Below are positions 18,616-26,759 of a DNA stretch of 64,000 nt, in pieces. The notes beneath the pieces were generated by a model. That model was not told where the DNA came from and searched no databases. It saw nothing but the letters and a program-made list of their open reading frames with translations. This DNA is from a virus (taxonomy: Duplodnaviria; Caudoviricetes). The stretch is taken from positions 1-64,000 of the IMG/VR virus record IMGVR_UViG_3300014205_000188; one strand, written 5' to 3'. The translations under genes and the position numbers were made by a program. How positions within the stretch are numbered: position 1 is the stretch's first letter; each line of letters opens with the position of its first letter.

Positions 18616-20043
18616 GTTTGTCCACATTGTTCACGCGAGTTTCCGGGCGAGAAGCTTAACGCTCGTCACCTGTCAATTTGCAATCCCGAGTCACATCTCA
18701 AAGTCGAGCCTTGTCTTTGTGGTCATGAGGCCAGCTCTATGACTCAGATGAAGAGACATCGTCAGGGTTGTGACGTGTGGAAGGCTCGAGACAAGGGTGC
18801 GGTTTTCAGTGCCCGGACGGCAGCAACGTACACTGAGAAGTACGGAGAGGGAGTCACGCATAGTCAGCATGTCCCTGAGATTGATGAGCGTCGGCGTGCG
18901 ACTCTCAGGGAGCGTTACGGTGCTGACAATGTGTTCTCAAGGGAGTCCTCCGTGTTTCAGAAGGTGCAGGACTCGTTGGAGGGTAAGAGGCCCGTGTTAC
19001 GTGGGTCTGACAATCCGTTCTCTCGTCCTGAGATCAAGGCGAAGGTACAAGCCTATTGGCAGCGTCATCATGGTGTAGATGGTCCGCAGCAGGTGGCGGG
19101 GATACGGGCTAAGACCAAGGCCACTATGCTAACCCGTTACCATGGTGAGTTATTGGGCTCGTCTGAGTTGAAGGCTAAGGCGGAGGCCACGAACCTTGAG
19201 CGTTACGGTGTGGCCTATGCTGGAGGCACTCCTGGGGTGCAGGCGAAGGTCAAGGCCACTAACATGGAGCGTTACGGGGTCCCGCACACCTGTATGGATC
19301 CTGATGTGCGTCGTCGTCAGTTAGAGACGATGGAGGAGCATTACGGGTCGTCCTATTTCGCTTCTGAGGAGGGGAAGAGGGAGATACGGGCGGTGATGTT
19401 GGAGCGGTACGGGGTTGAGTTTCCTGGGGCAATGGAGGGACATTGGGACAAGGTCGTGGCCACGTTCCAAGAACGTTATGGGGTGGACCACCCTCTTCAG
19501 CTGCCCGAGATGAGGGAAAAGCAAGCGAACACAAACATGTTGCGGTACGGCTGGCGCCGGTACTTGGGCACCCCCGGCTTTTGTAGGGCAGCACTCAAGA
19601 ATGCAGGTGTGACTCTGCCTGATGAGCTGCCCTCGCATCCCATGCAGAACCATGAGTACGCTCTGAAGATGTTTCAGAAAATGCATCGTGCTGGCCCCAA
19701 CAGGTTTGAGACTCGTGTTGGGTCCTTGGCTCCGCAACTGGTTTTCACGGGTGACGGTGGGTTCTGGCGTTGGCTCCCTCTGCTTGGTCACTTCAAGAAC
19801 CCCGACTACATCTTGCCTGGACCCGACGCTGCTCATCCCAAGCGTGGGGTCACTAAGATCGTCGAGTGCTTTGGTGACTATTGGCATGGGCGGATGCGAA
19901 CAGGCAAAGCACCCTTTGACCATGAGCAGGAAGTGATCCAAGCCTTTGCTGAGGTGGGGCTCGAGTGCCTGATCGTGTGGGAGTCTGAAGTGAAATTGAA
20001 GCCAGAAGAAGTAAAAGCCCGTCTTCGGGCTTTTCTCGAGTAG
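18607..20043 (+). CDS. putative homing endonuclease: Zn fingers, ~10 (E/K)RYG helical repeats, C-terminal Vsr/DUF559-like PD-(D/E)xK domain
   Basis: CPHC/CLCG; ERYGV repeats; NPDY...VECFGDYWHG...LIVWESE. Confidence 0.75.
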   Translation: MPVVCPHCSREFPGEKLNARHLSICNPESHLKVEPCLCGHEASSMTQMKRHRQGCDVWKARDKGAVFSARTAATYTEKYGEGVTHSQHVPEIDERRRATLRERYGADNVFSRESSVFQKVQDSLEGKRPVLRGSDNPFSRPEIKAKVQAYWQRHHGVDGPQQVAGIRAKTKATMLTRYHGELLGSSELKAKAEATNLERYGVAYAGGTPGVQAKVKATNMERYGVPHTCMDPDVRRRQLETMEEHYGSSYFASEEGKREIRAVMLERYGVEFPGAMEGHWDKVVATFQERYGVDHPLQLPEMREKQANTNMLRYGWRRYLGTPGFCRAALKNAGVTLPDELPSHPMQNHEYALKMFQKMHRAGPNRFETRVGSLAPQLVFTGDGGFWRWLPLLGHFKNPDYILPGPDAAHPKRGVTKIVECFGDYWHGRMRTGKAPFDHEQEVIQAFAEVGLECLIVWESEVKLKPEEVKARLRAFLE

Positions 20044-20071
20044 GGGACTATTCAACCCCTAGGAGGATCCC

Positions 20072-20650
20072 ATGCGATGCTATGCTTTTGTTGATGGTGC
20101 CTATGTTAGAAAGGAAACCACAAACACTGAACCCTCAGTGCCTTTCCCCAACATCCGTCAAATGGTTGATAATGCCTGCAAAGGGAACTTCCAAAAAGAT
20201 CCCGTGACAGACGCCTCTGTGGGCTCTTTCAGTGTCCCATTTGAGCGAATTTACTTCTATGACGCCGCACCAGAGGTGCCGACAGAGGAACTGGAGTCGT
20301 ATTGGCGTTCACTGAAGCGCCAACCCGATGTGCAGTTGGGTTGGGGTTTCTTACGTGGCGTGGAACGCCGCCGTAGGCAGAAGGGAGTGGACACCCTGCT
20401 TGCCACGGATATGTTGGTGGGAGGGTTCAACAAACTCTTTGATGTTGCTTTGCTCTTCAGTGGTGACGAGGATTTCGTACCCGTGGTACAAGAGTTAAAG
20501 CGCATGGGGGTCAAAGTTTTGGTCTTGGGCTTTGAGGGGTCATGCTCAGTGGAGTTAATTGAAGTGTCCGACCGCTATTTCTTGTACCCAAGGAACAAGA
20601 ATTGGAATGGGTACGCTTTACCATTGACACCAAAGCCAGGAAATCACTGA
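20072..20650 (+). CDS. NYN (LabA/DUF88) PIN-fold ribonuclease
   Basis: FVDGAY, YFYD, QKGVDTLLATD, SGDEDFVPVV. Confidence 0.9.
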   Translation: MRCYAFVDGAYVRKETTNTEPSVPFPNIRQMVDNACKGNFQKDPVTDASVGSFSVPFERIYFYDAAPEVPTEELESYWRSLKRQPDVQLGWGFLRGVERRRRQKGVDTLLATDMLVGGFNKLFDVALLFSGDEDFVPVVQELKRMGVKVLVLGFEGSCSVELIEVSDRYFLYPRNKNWNGYALPLTPKPGNH

Positions 20651-20681
20651 CTGTCGCTGGCTTCCGAGGTGTTTGGCTCCA

Positions 20682-20719
20682 GGAGGAGTAACAGCCCGTC
20701 TCCGGGCTGTTACTCCTCC
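20682..20719. terminator. 17-bp hairpin between convergent genes
   Basis: GGAGGAGTAACAGCCCG-tctc-CGGGCTGTTACTCCTCC; no clear U tract. Confidence 0.65.
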
Positions 20720-20726
20720 CAAGGTC

Positions 20727-21350
20727 TTAGAGACCTTGTCCAGCTTCCGCTGATGCTGCCGTTTTCACGGCATCCCAGTGGGTTTTGGAGACATAGATCA
20801 CCGCGAAATTCACCTGATGATTCTCGCTGGACAGGGTCAGAAGAATCTGGGTGGTTGGTGTGTCCCAAAAGATTCTTGGGCTGTACAGTCCAAGGGTGAG
20901 GGCCATGCCAGGGTTTTCCTCAAAGAGACCACTGTTATTTTGTGTGTCCTCCATTGAGGACTTCCCATAAAGGAGAATCAGGGCGTCCTTAATTTCCTCG
21001 AAGTCACGGAGGTACCCGTCACCTTGATTGAGGTCGTAATGTCGATCGATGATCAACATTCCTTGGACCAAGGCCCCTTGGAGAAAACCGAAATTCAGGG
21101 TGCAGGTTTTCCCTATCAGGGGACATTTCTTTTGAGAGTACCAGTCAAGGGCACGACTGTGCTTGGGCGGTCCCTGCACATGAGCTTGTTCCAGTGAGTC
21201 ACCCCATTGCAATCCCTGGAACCCTTTCCAGGGATCCGGCTTGCAACCATCTGGTGGGCAAGACTTGACAGGTTCTGGATCTGGTTCACTGCCGGAAGCG
21301 GAGGGGGCAAGACAAAGAAGGGCCAGGAGGAGCAGAGCTGATTTCTTCAC
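20727..21350 (-). CDS. secreted/periplasmic protein
   Basis: AAAGGA SD, GTG start, signal peptide KKSALLLLALLCLAPSASG; FQGLQWGDS motif. Confidence 0.7.
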   Translation of the reverse strand: MKKSALLLLALLCLAPSASGSEPDPEPVKSCPPDGCKPDPWKGFQGLQWGDSLEQAHVQGPPKHSRALDWYSQKKCPLIGKTCTLNFGFLQGALVQGMLIIDRHYDLNQGDGYLRDFEEIKDALILLYGKSSMEDTQNNSGLFEENPGMALTLGLYSPRIFWDTPTTQILLTLSSENHQVNFAVIYVSKTHWDAVKTAASAEAGQGL

Positions 21351-21371
21351 TGTGGTTTCCTTTGTGGTTGG

Positions 21372-21985
21372 GCTCTTTGATGCCCTCAACCGGACGCCCA
21401 GGAATTGCACCTGGATAGCCTTCCCTCAAGGGAGGTTTTTACGTGTGGGCGGACGATGGGTTGATCGGTCCCTATCCGAGGACACGCTTGGGTCGAGCCC
21501 AAGTTAATTGTAGCGTCCGGTTGATGGCTCAAAGAACTAGAGGATCAGGGTCATTTGGGGACTCAACTGGATGCCTGGGACTTCCACCCAGATCCTTCCC
21601 CGTATGAGGGGGGCGTTCTCTGCACTCGGACCGTGCCCTGACCAAGGGACGGGTGCCGTACAGTGGATTCTCCTCCAAGGGCCCTGGTCATAGGCCCTGT
21701 AGGAGGGTTTCCTTCGAACTAGCATCCAGTTGAATCTCCAACTGGTATTAAGGTGGGGGATGGGGTTCCTGCTTCTCAGCCCGGAGGCTCCACGGTGTAC
21801 CCCTAACGTCCTCCCCCTGACGGCTCCGGCTGAAGCCCAGGGCTGCTTGGTAAGTAGCACCCGTCAGCCCCCCGCCCCTATGGTGCGGTACCCTACGTGT
21901 GTTCTTTGCCGCGTACAGGCGCTACCCTGCTTCGTTCGTGAGGTACTTGCCACCCTCACTAGCCCGGCAGCTACCGGGCCCGTGC
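21372..21985 (-). ncRNA. large structured non-coding RNA or leader with two tandem tRNA-like domains
   Basis: No credible ORF; two perfect 12-bp closing stems (21563-74/21722-33 and 21386-97/21513-24), two T-arm-like hairpins, many subsidiary hairpins; promoter-like motif at 21991-22016 pointing into it. Confidence 0.7.
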
Positions 21986-21990
21986 TCTTA

Positions 21991-22016
21991 CTACTCTGGG
22001 GCCCTACAAGATGATC
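21991..22016 (-). promoter_or_regulatory. GATCATC-N13-GAGTAG promoter-like motif with upstream A-tract
   Basis: Exact bipartite motif shared with 24094, 26217 and 42321. Confidence 0.75.
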
Positions 22017-22121
22017 CTTTTTGTTGTTTTTTCTTGTCCGAGTTCTGAGTTCGTTAGAAGCCCTCTATACTGTCACCTGTATAGAACCTGACCCATTGGG
22101 TGCTATCCTGAGAGGTTGAGT

Positions 22122-22739
22122 ATGTCCTTACGACCAGACCGAAACGCAACCCGCCGGGCCATGACAGCAGACTTTGTAGGCTATGTATTGGACAAACAAG
22201 GCTACATGGTGCGGTTCATGAGGGGGCCGAAGTCTTCAGTGGCTCAGGCCCTTGAGGCTTACACTGAGAATGGTTTGGTGACAAATTTGCTCGCCTTGAA
22301 TGGGGGCTCAAGTTTTTATGGTCCCGACCTCAGGAAACTGACCACCAATCATAGGTGGGTCTCTCGACTCCCCTTGAAAGACAAAGCAATTTTGGAGGAC
22401 ACTTTGTCCATGTTACCTAAATCAGATGGCATCACTGGTGCCCAAAAGAGTCAAGATCGTCTTGTACAGTTGCGAGAGCAACTGGCAAAAGACGCCTCCT
22501 ACTCGACCCCTTTTGCCAACCGTTGGTCGGCAAAACTGGCACACATTCTAGCTGACCTGTCTGACATCTCGGTGATCAACACGGCGGAGGACTTCAATGC
22601 CGCCATTACCGCTTTGCGGAAGACCGTGATTGTCATGGCAGAGCAGATGAAAGACATGGTCTCAATGGATAGGCAAGTGCCCACCATTGTCCGAGAGTTC
22701 AATAGTGACCTCACCAAGTACTTGAAAACCAGGCTTTAA
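22122..22739 (+). CDS. hypothetical protein
   Basis: GAGG SD, 205 aa. Confidence 0.6.
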   Translation: MSLRPDRNATRRAMTADFVGYVLDKQGYMVRFMRGPKSSVAQALEAYTENGLVTNLLALNGGSSFYGPDLRKLTTNHRWVSRLPLKDKAILEDTLSMLPKSDGITGAQKSQDRLVQLREQLAKDASYSTPFANRWSAKLAHILADLSDISVINTAEDFNAAITALRKTVIVMAEQMKDMVSMDRQVPTIVREFNSDLTKYLKTRL

Positions 22740-22751
22740 GGAGACACCATT

Positions 22752-23657
22752 ATGAGTTTGTTTACCGACCTACAGAAAGTGGCTTCTGAGAAGCCCGAGC
22801 TTCGAGAGCACTTGGATCCTCTGTTGAAGGAGGCCGGGAAGCTCCAGGAGTTGTGGAACAAGTACAAGAAGCAGCATCCCGAGGCCAAGAAGCCCCCGAA
22901 GTCCCTGGAGGAGAAGGCTAAGGAGCAGGAGGCTGCGGCTAAGGAGGAAGCTCCTAAGAAGGAGGAGGCTCCTAAGAAGGAGGAGGCTCCTAAGAAGGAG
23001 GAGGAGGCTCCTAAGAAAATGGACCCCATTCCTACAAGGTATAATCAGGACGACGACGATTATGGGAGTGAGTACAGTAACCAGAGCAATCGGAACAACC
23101 GAAGAGGCTCCCAAAGTCGGCTTGAGGAATTGCGCGCTGCTTCAACCAAGTTGGCAAAGGCTGGTGATCAGGCGGAGCAGGACGCAATGTACGCCAAGGG
23201 CTACCGCTTCATGATTCAGTGGAGCCCCACGTCAAAGGCGAAGAACACCGACCCGCTCTACGGGAAGACCACGGCCCAGGTTAGCAAGCTAGTGCGTGAG
23301 GACTTCCCCGAGGAGAAGAACTGGAAGGCTGTGCCCCTTCAAGACCCCAAGGGGAAGAAGGCTAGTGCAGAGCGTCTGGAAGAACTCAGGACCAAGGAAG
23401 CATCCAGCACTCGGATTGCTGGCGAGGGCCAAGAGTTTGCTCTTACCCTCCAGAAGCACTGGAATGGCGTCAAGTACGATGAGATGGCCGGATGGGGTTC
23501 TGCTAACCTCGGGGGCTTCAAGATCAAGTTCCAGGAGTCTGGCAATGACCCTGGTGTCATCGTCAACTTCACGGAAGTTCCTCGGATGAAGGGCAGTCCC
23601 GAGGATGTTCTGGCTGCCATTGCCCTCATGAAGAAGGCATGGGGCCGCGTGGACTGA
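22752..23657 (+). CDS. modular probable head protein with PELR leader and KEEAPK repeats
   Basis: LQKVASEKPELREHLDPLLKEA; RLEELR twice; AAGGAG SD. Confidence 0.65.
   Translation: MSLFTDLQKVASEKPELREHLDPLLKEAGKLQELWNKYKKQHPEAKKPPKSLEEKAKEQEAAAKEEAPKKEEAPKKEEAPKKEEEAPKKMDPIPTRYNQDDDDYGSEYSNQSNRNNRRGSQSRLEELRAASTKLAKAGDQAEQDAMYAKGYRFMIQWSPTSKAKNTDPLYGKTTAQVSKLVREDFPEEKNWKAVPLQDPKGKKASAERLEELRTKEASSTRIAGEGQEFALTLQKHWNGVKYDEMAGWGSANLGGFKIKFQESGNDPGVIVNFTEVPRMKGSPEDVLAAIALMKKAWGRVD
22941..23015 (+). repeat. 18-bp coding tandem repeat x4 (KEEAPK)
   Basis: AAGGAGGARGCTCCTAAG units; last has an extra GAG. Confidence 0.9.
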
Positions 23658-23676
23658 TCTGGACAGCCTGGACGAC

Positions 23677-23716
23677 AAACAAGAATGGGGGCCATAGTCT
23701 GCCCCCATTCTTGTTT
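23677..23716. terminator. bidirectional terminator hairpin
   Basis: AAACAAGAATGGGGGC...GCCCCCATTCTTGTTT between convergent genes. Confidence 0.75.
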
Positions 23717-23723
23717 GAGGAGT

Positions 23724-24074
23724 CTAGTCCGCGAGGCGCAGATCCTCCAGGGGGACCGAGTAGGAAACCCCATGGAGGATTGCCTGATCCTCCATGATCT
23801 CGAGAATCACGTAGGTCTTGTCCTCCAAGAGTGCAGCCGCACTGCGCACTCCCCTGTTGTGAAGGTGTGCTCGGTTCCAGTGGTCCTGATAGGCAACGAC
23901 CACCTTGTTTCCCACCTCGAGCGGGGGAGCGAAGTACTGCAGGATGGCCCTGGCCGTGTCCGCATCGTGGGTCCATCCGATCCACTCCTGGAAGGGGATG
24001 AACTTGCCCCGACGCGCACAGTTGTCACACCAGACATTGAACACGGGATGGGGAACGGTACTCTTGTTGCTCAT
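23724..24074 (-). CDS. hypothetical protein
   Basis: SD GGAGAGG; promoter motif immediately upstream. Confidence 0.6.
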   Translation of the reverse strand: MSNKSTVPHPVFNVWCDNCARRGKFIPFQEWIGWTHDADTARAILQYFAPPLEVGNKVVVAYQDHWNRAHLHNRGVRSAAALLEDKTYVILEIMEDQAILHGVSYSVPLEDLRLAD

Positions 24075-24093
24075 GTTCTTCACCTCTCCCAGA

Positions 24094-24119
24094 CTACTCT
24101 GAGAACCAAGAAGATGATC
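24094..24119 (-). promoter_or_regulatory. GATCATC-N13-GAGTAG promoter-like motif
   Basis: Exact match just upstream of the RBS. Confidence 0.75.
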
Positions 24120-24160
24120 TCGTTAGTTCGGTTTTAAGTCTGGTGGTAGGAGGTCGCATC

Positions 24161-24931
24161 ATGCCCAAACAGTTGGCTCGTCGTTGGTTGCAAGCACGCA
24201 AAGATGTGGACAACCTGTCTCCGGCCTTGTTGGTCTTCGACACCCTTTTGGAAAGGATCCAGTCAGGCCGAGGCATGGTCTTCTATCCAGCTCAGCAACG
24301 GGTGGTGATGGAGACCCATCATTGGGGTTTAGACTTGGGACCCGTGTCGGACATCCTGTACTTTGAGTTTCAAGTTGATGCCCGACCACAGTTGTTCTAC
24401 ACGGCACCTCGTCTTATCCATGTCAGCACGCTCGCCACCATGGAGGAGGACTCCTACAAGAAAGTCGTGCTGAGAACGGTACAAAGGTATCGTCGAGAGA
24501 TCCTGCATGAACTTACGCACCACCTGGATTACCATAGGGCTAAGGGCGGTGACCCACATGCTCCAGCCAAAATGGGGACCCCGGAGTACTATAACTCCCC
24601 GTCTGAGATGAATGCCTACTTCCAGCAAGGGGCCTCCACCTTGACGGCAGAGTACGTGAAAATCCAGAAGGATCTTCGTCCTCTGGATCCAGACGATCCA
24701 GATCATCAAGTGGCCGTGTTTGGCTTGAGCGATTTGGCAGATCACACCTTCAAGACTTTTTTCGACGCTTGGGTCATGACGGTGCCCAAGTTTTGGGATG
24801 CCTTGACCCTGCAGAACAAACGTCGCGTATCGAAGCGGGTCTTTGACTTGTACACCCAGATCGTGTTGGGTGCTCGACGGCAACTAAAAGAGTTGCGAGC
24901 GAAAGGTGACCCTATGGCTATCACCCTGTGA
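24161..24931 (+). CDS. HExxH metallopeptidase-like protein with N-terminal LARRWL tag
   Basis: ILHELTHHLD...YYNSPSEMNAY; AGGAGG SD. Confidence 0.7.
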   Translation: MPKQLARRWLQARKDVDNLSPALLVFDTLLERIQSGRGMVFYPAQQRVVMETHHWGLDLGPVSDILYFEFQVDARPQLFYTAPRLIHVSTLATMEEDSYKKVVLRTVQRYRREILHELTHHLDYHRAKGGDPHAPAKMGTPEYYNSPSEMNAYFQQGASTLTAEYVKIQKDLRPLDPDDPDHQVAVFGLSDLADHTFKTFFDAWVMTVPKFWDALTLQNKRRVSKRVFDLYTQIVLGARRQLKELRAKGDPMAITL

Positions 24932-24968
24932 TAGAGTAGCCTAGGAAGACCCACAGTAGAGGTTCGCC

Positions 24969-25400
24969 ATGGACTTTGCCAAGAGTGAGCATACAACTCT
25001 TTTGCTCCAGCTGTGTCGGGCGTATCGAAACCCAGACTCCGTCCCCACCTATGAGCGGCAACGGCTTGAGGGCTTCTTCTGGGGCCCATGGGTACCGGAT
25101 GCCGAACTTGTTGAGCTGGACCCAACCGAACAAGCTAAGGCTCATGCTTGGCGTTTGCTTCTCGATCTAGCCGAGGGTCATGAACCGCAAGCAGTTCAGA
25201 GAACCTGGGAGGGTGGCATGGTTCTGGCTTGGATGGCCAAGCCTTTTCATGTTGAGATCAACTGTGACAACTCGGGGTCCGTGACACTCCACCACCGGTG
25301 GCGTGGGGATCACAACACGTATGTGGAACTAGACATGGCAGATGATGGCCCACAAAAGATGCAAGAGATTCTGTCTTTCTACATGCCTTTGAGTAGCTAG
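24969..25400 (+). CDS. hypothetical protein
   Basis: GAGG SD, 143 aa. Confidence 0.55.
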   Translation: MDFAKSEHTTLLLQLCRAYRNPDSVPTYERQRLEGFFWGPWVPDAELVELDPTEQAKAHAWRLLLDLAEGHEPQAVQRTWEGGMVLAWMAKPFHVEINCDNSGSVTLHHRWRGDHNTYVELDMADDGPQKMQEILSFYMPLSS

Positions 25401-25404
25401 CTTT

Positions 25405-25809
25405 TTGGAGGTTCCCTTGGGTGGTTTTTACGTCATTGGGCTAGACATCGACTCAACGGTTTGCAGTCACGCTTACCCCGCCATGGGAGAGGACATTGGT
25501 GCTGTGCCTTGGTTGCGTCTGGCAATCGAGAAGTATCCATCTGTTCGCATCATGCTGAACACGATGCGTTCGGGCCCCGAACTGGAAATCGCCCGTCTCT
25601 GGTTGGAGGAGAAGGGTGTCCCCGTATGGGCTCTGAATCACAACCCCAATCAGGATCGGTGGACTACCTCACCCAAGGCTTACGCTTACCTGTACATTGA
25701 CGACTGTGCCTTGGGCACTCCCTTGCGTAGTGATGGCAAGGGAGTCGATTGGGACGTGATGGGTCCTATGCTCATGGAGCGTCTGGAGAGGGACCTTAGC
25801 GGGACTTGA
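25405..25809 (+). CDS. capless HAD-superfamily phosphatase (BT0820-like)
   Basis: GLDIDSTV, TMR, PK..A.LYIDD; start uncertain. Confidence 0.8.
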   Translation: MEVPLGGFYVIGLDIDSTVCSHAYPAMGEDIGAVPWLRLAIEKYPSVRIMLNTMRSGPELEIARLWLEEKGVPVWALNHNPNQDRWTTSPKAYAYLYIDDCALGTPLRSDGKGVDWDVMGPMLMERLERDLSGT

Positions 25810-26197
25810 GAGTTGAGGCCTCGGTCAGTGACGGAATGTTGTGCTTGTGTCGGTAGTTGGTGACAGAGCTTCCGGCACATCCCAGGGCCAGTCCGATCCC
25901 GTCATCCGAGACGAGCCCCCACATAGGGATTGCTTGGGCCCAGTCGATTGGAGTGGTCCTTTGCTTGCGTGGTGTTTTGGGGCTCCACGTTGGGGTCTCT
26001 TCCACCTTCTCTGCGGGGGCCTCCCAGTCAGGGCTTGCTTCCTTACTCTTCCGGGGCCTTCGGGGTCCCTTGAATGGAGGGATTCCGAGTCTCGTCCTTC
26101 TGTTGTTGACAGTAACTCGACTCAGCCCTAGAATCTCTCCAAGTTCTGTGTCGGACATGGTTCCGAGATACTTGTCAAATTGTGGCCAGTTTCCCAT
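25796..26197 (-). CDS. double HTH DNA-binding protein
   Basis: Two G..SD..(L/I)G..LG.....V.N.R....IP repeats; AGGAGG SD. Confidence 0.7.
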   Translation of the reverse strand: MGNWPQFDKYLGTMSDTELGEILGLSRVTVNNRRTRLGIPPFKGPRRPRKSKEASPDWEAPAEKVEETPTWSPKTPRKQRTTPIDWAQAIPMWGLVSDDGIGLALGCAGSSVTNYRHKHNIPSLTEASTLKSR

Positions 26198-26216
26198 GCT
26201 ACACCTCCTGTCTCAA

Positions 26217-26242
26217 CTACTCAAGAATTTGGAAAGATGATC
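26217..26242 (-). promoter_or_regulatory. GATCATC-N13-GAGTAG promoter-like motif
   Basis: Exact match upstream of the HTH gene RBS. Confidence 0.75.
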
Positions 26243-26244
26243 CG

Positions 26245-26688
26245 ATGTGGCCTCGACGCAAAACCAGGAAGAAGCCTTTCCCCAAGGAGCTTTTCCGAGT
26301 TGCTTACACAGCGACGTCCTCCAGTGTTTGGTACGTCTATGTGATCCAGTCCCTTGTGACCCCTGTGGGCAAGAAGGTTGGTTTCACCTACGTGGGGGCG
26401 ACCAATGACCCTGTGAGGCGGTTCAGGCAGCACAACGGGGAGCTGCCCGGTGGAGCCCGGTTTACGTCACGTTTTAGGCCCTGGATCCCGAGGGCTTTGT
26501 ACGGACCCTATGAGGGTCGGACGGACGCCCTGAAGGCCGAGTACGCCTTGAAGAAGGGCAAACGTGGGGAGGGCCGGACCCGTTGGTGTGTAGAGGACTC
26601 CCATTGGTGTCGTGGGGAGGGTCCTCTACATTGTTGGGTGCAGGATCCTACCAGTATGACCCCGGTAGATCCTTTATCCCTCCTCTGA
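26245..26688 (+). CDS. GIY-YIG nuclease, SLX1-like
   Basis: YVYVIQS...TYVGATNDPVRRFRQHNGELPGGARFT...RPW...ALKAEY. Confidence 0.85.
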   Translation: MWPRRKTRKKPFPKELFRVAYTATSSSVWYVYVIQSLVTPVGKKVGFTYVGATNDPVRRFRQHNGELPGGARFTSRFRPWIPRALYGPYEGRTDALKAEYALKKGKRGEGRTRWCVEDSHWCRGEGPLHCWVQDPTSMTPVDPLSLL

Positions 26689-26759
26689 GGAGAGGAACCG
26701 TTTGTGCTTTTCTAATGCCCGTGCCGGAGTAGTCCGCATGGGTTTTTCTCTTTGGAGAC

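Noticed and set aside
21372-21985. Canonical tRNA, tmRNA, RNase P, group II intron or cobalamin riboswitch
   Set aside because: No CCA or 7-nt anticodon loop, no tmRNA termini, no GAGGAAAGUCC, no domain V, no B12 box; only T-loop-like hairpins match
21537-22014. ORFs 21537-21860(-) and 21730-22014(+)
   Set aside because: Non-ATG starts, no convincing SD, Pro/Arg-rich shadow-like composition; the region is better explained as structured RNA
21541-22035. Plus-strand ncRNA closed by AGGATCA/TGATCCT and a U-tract
   Set aside because: TGATC is part of the minus-strand promoter motif and the T-arms read correctly only on the minus strand; some plus-strand G-U pairs remain, so not fully excluded
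24914-26732. Plus-strand GAGTAG sites (24934, 25391, 26727; also 1472) as promoter copies
   Set aside because: They lack GATCATC at the 13-nt spacing
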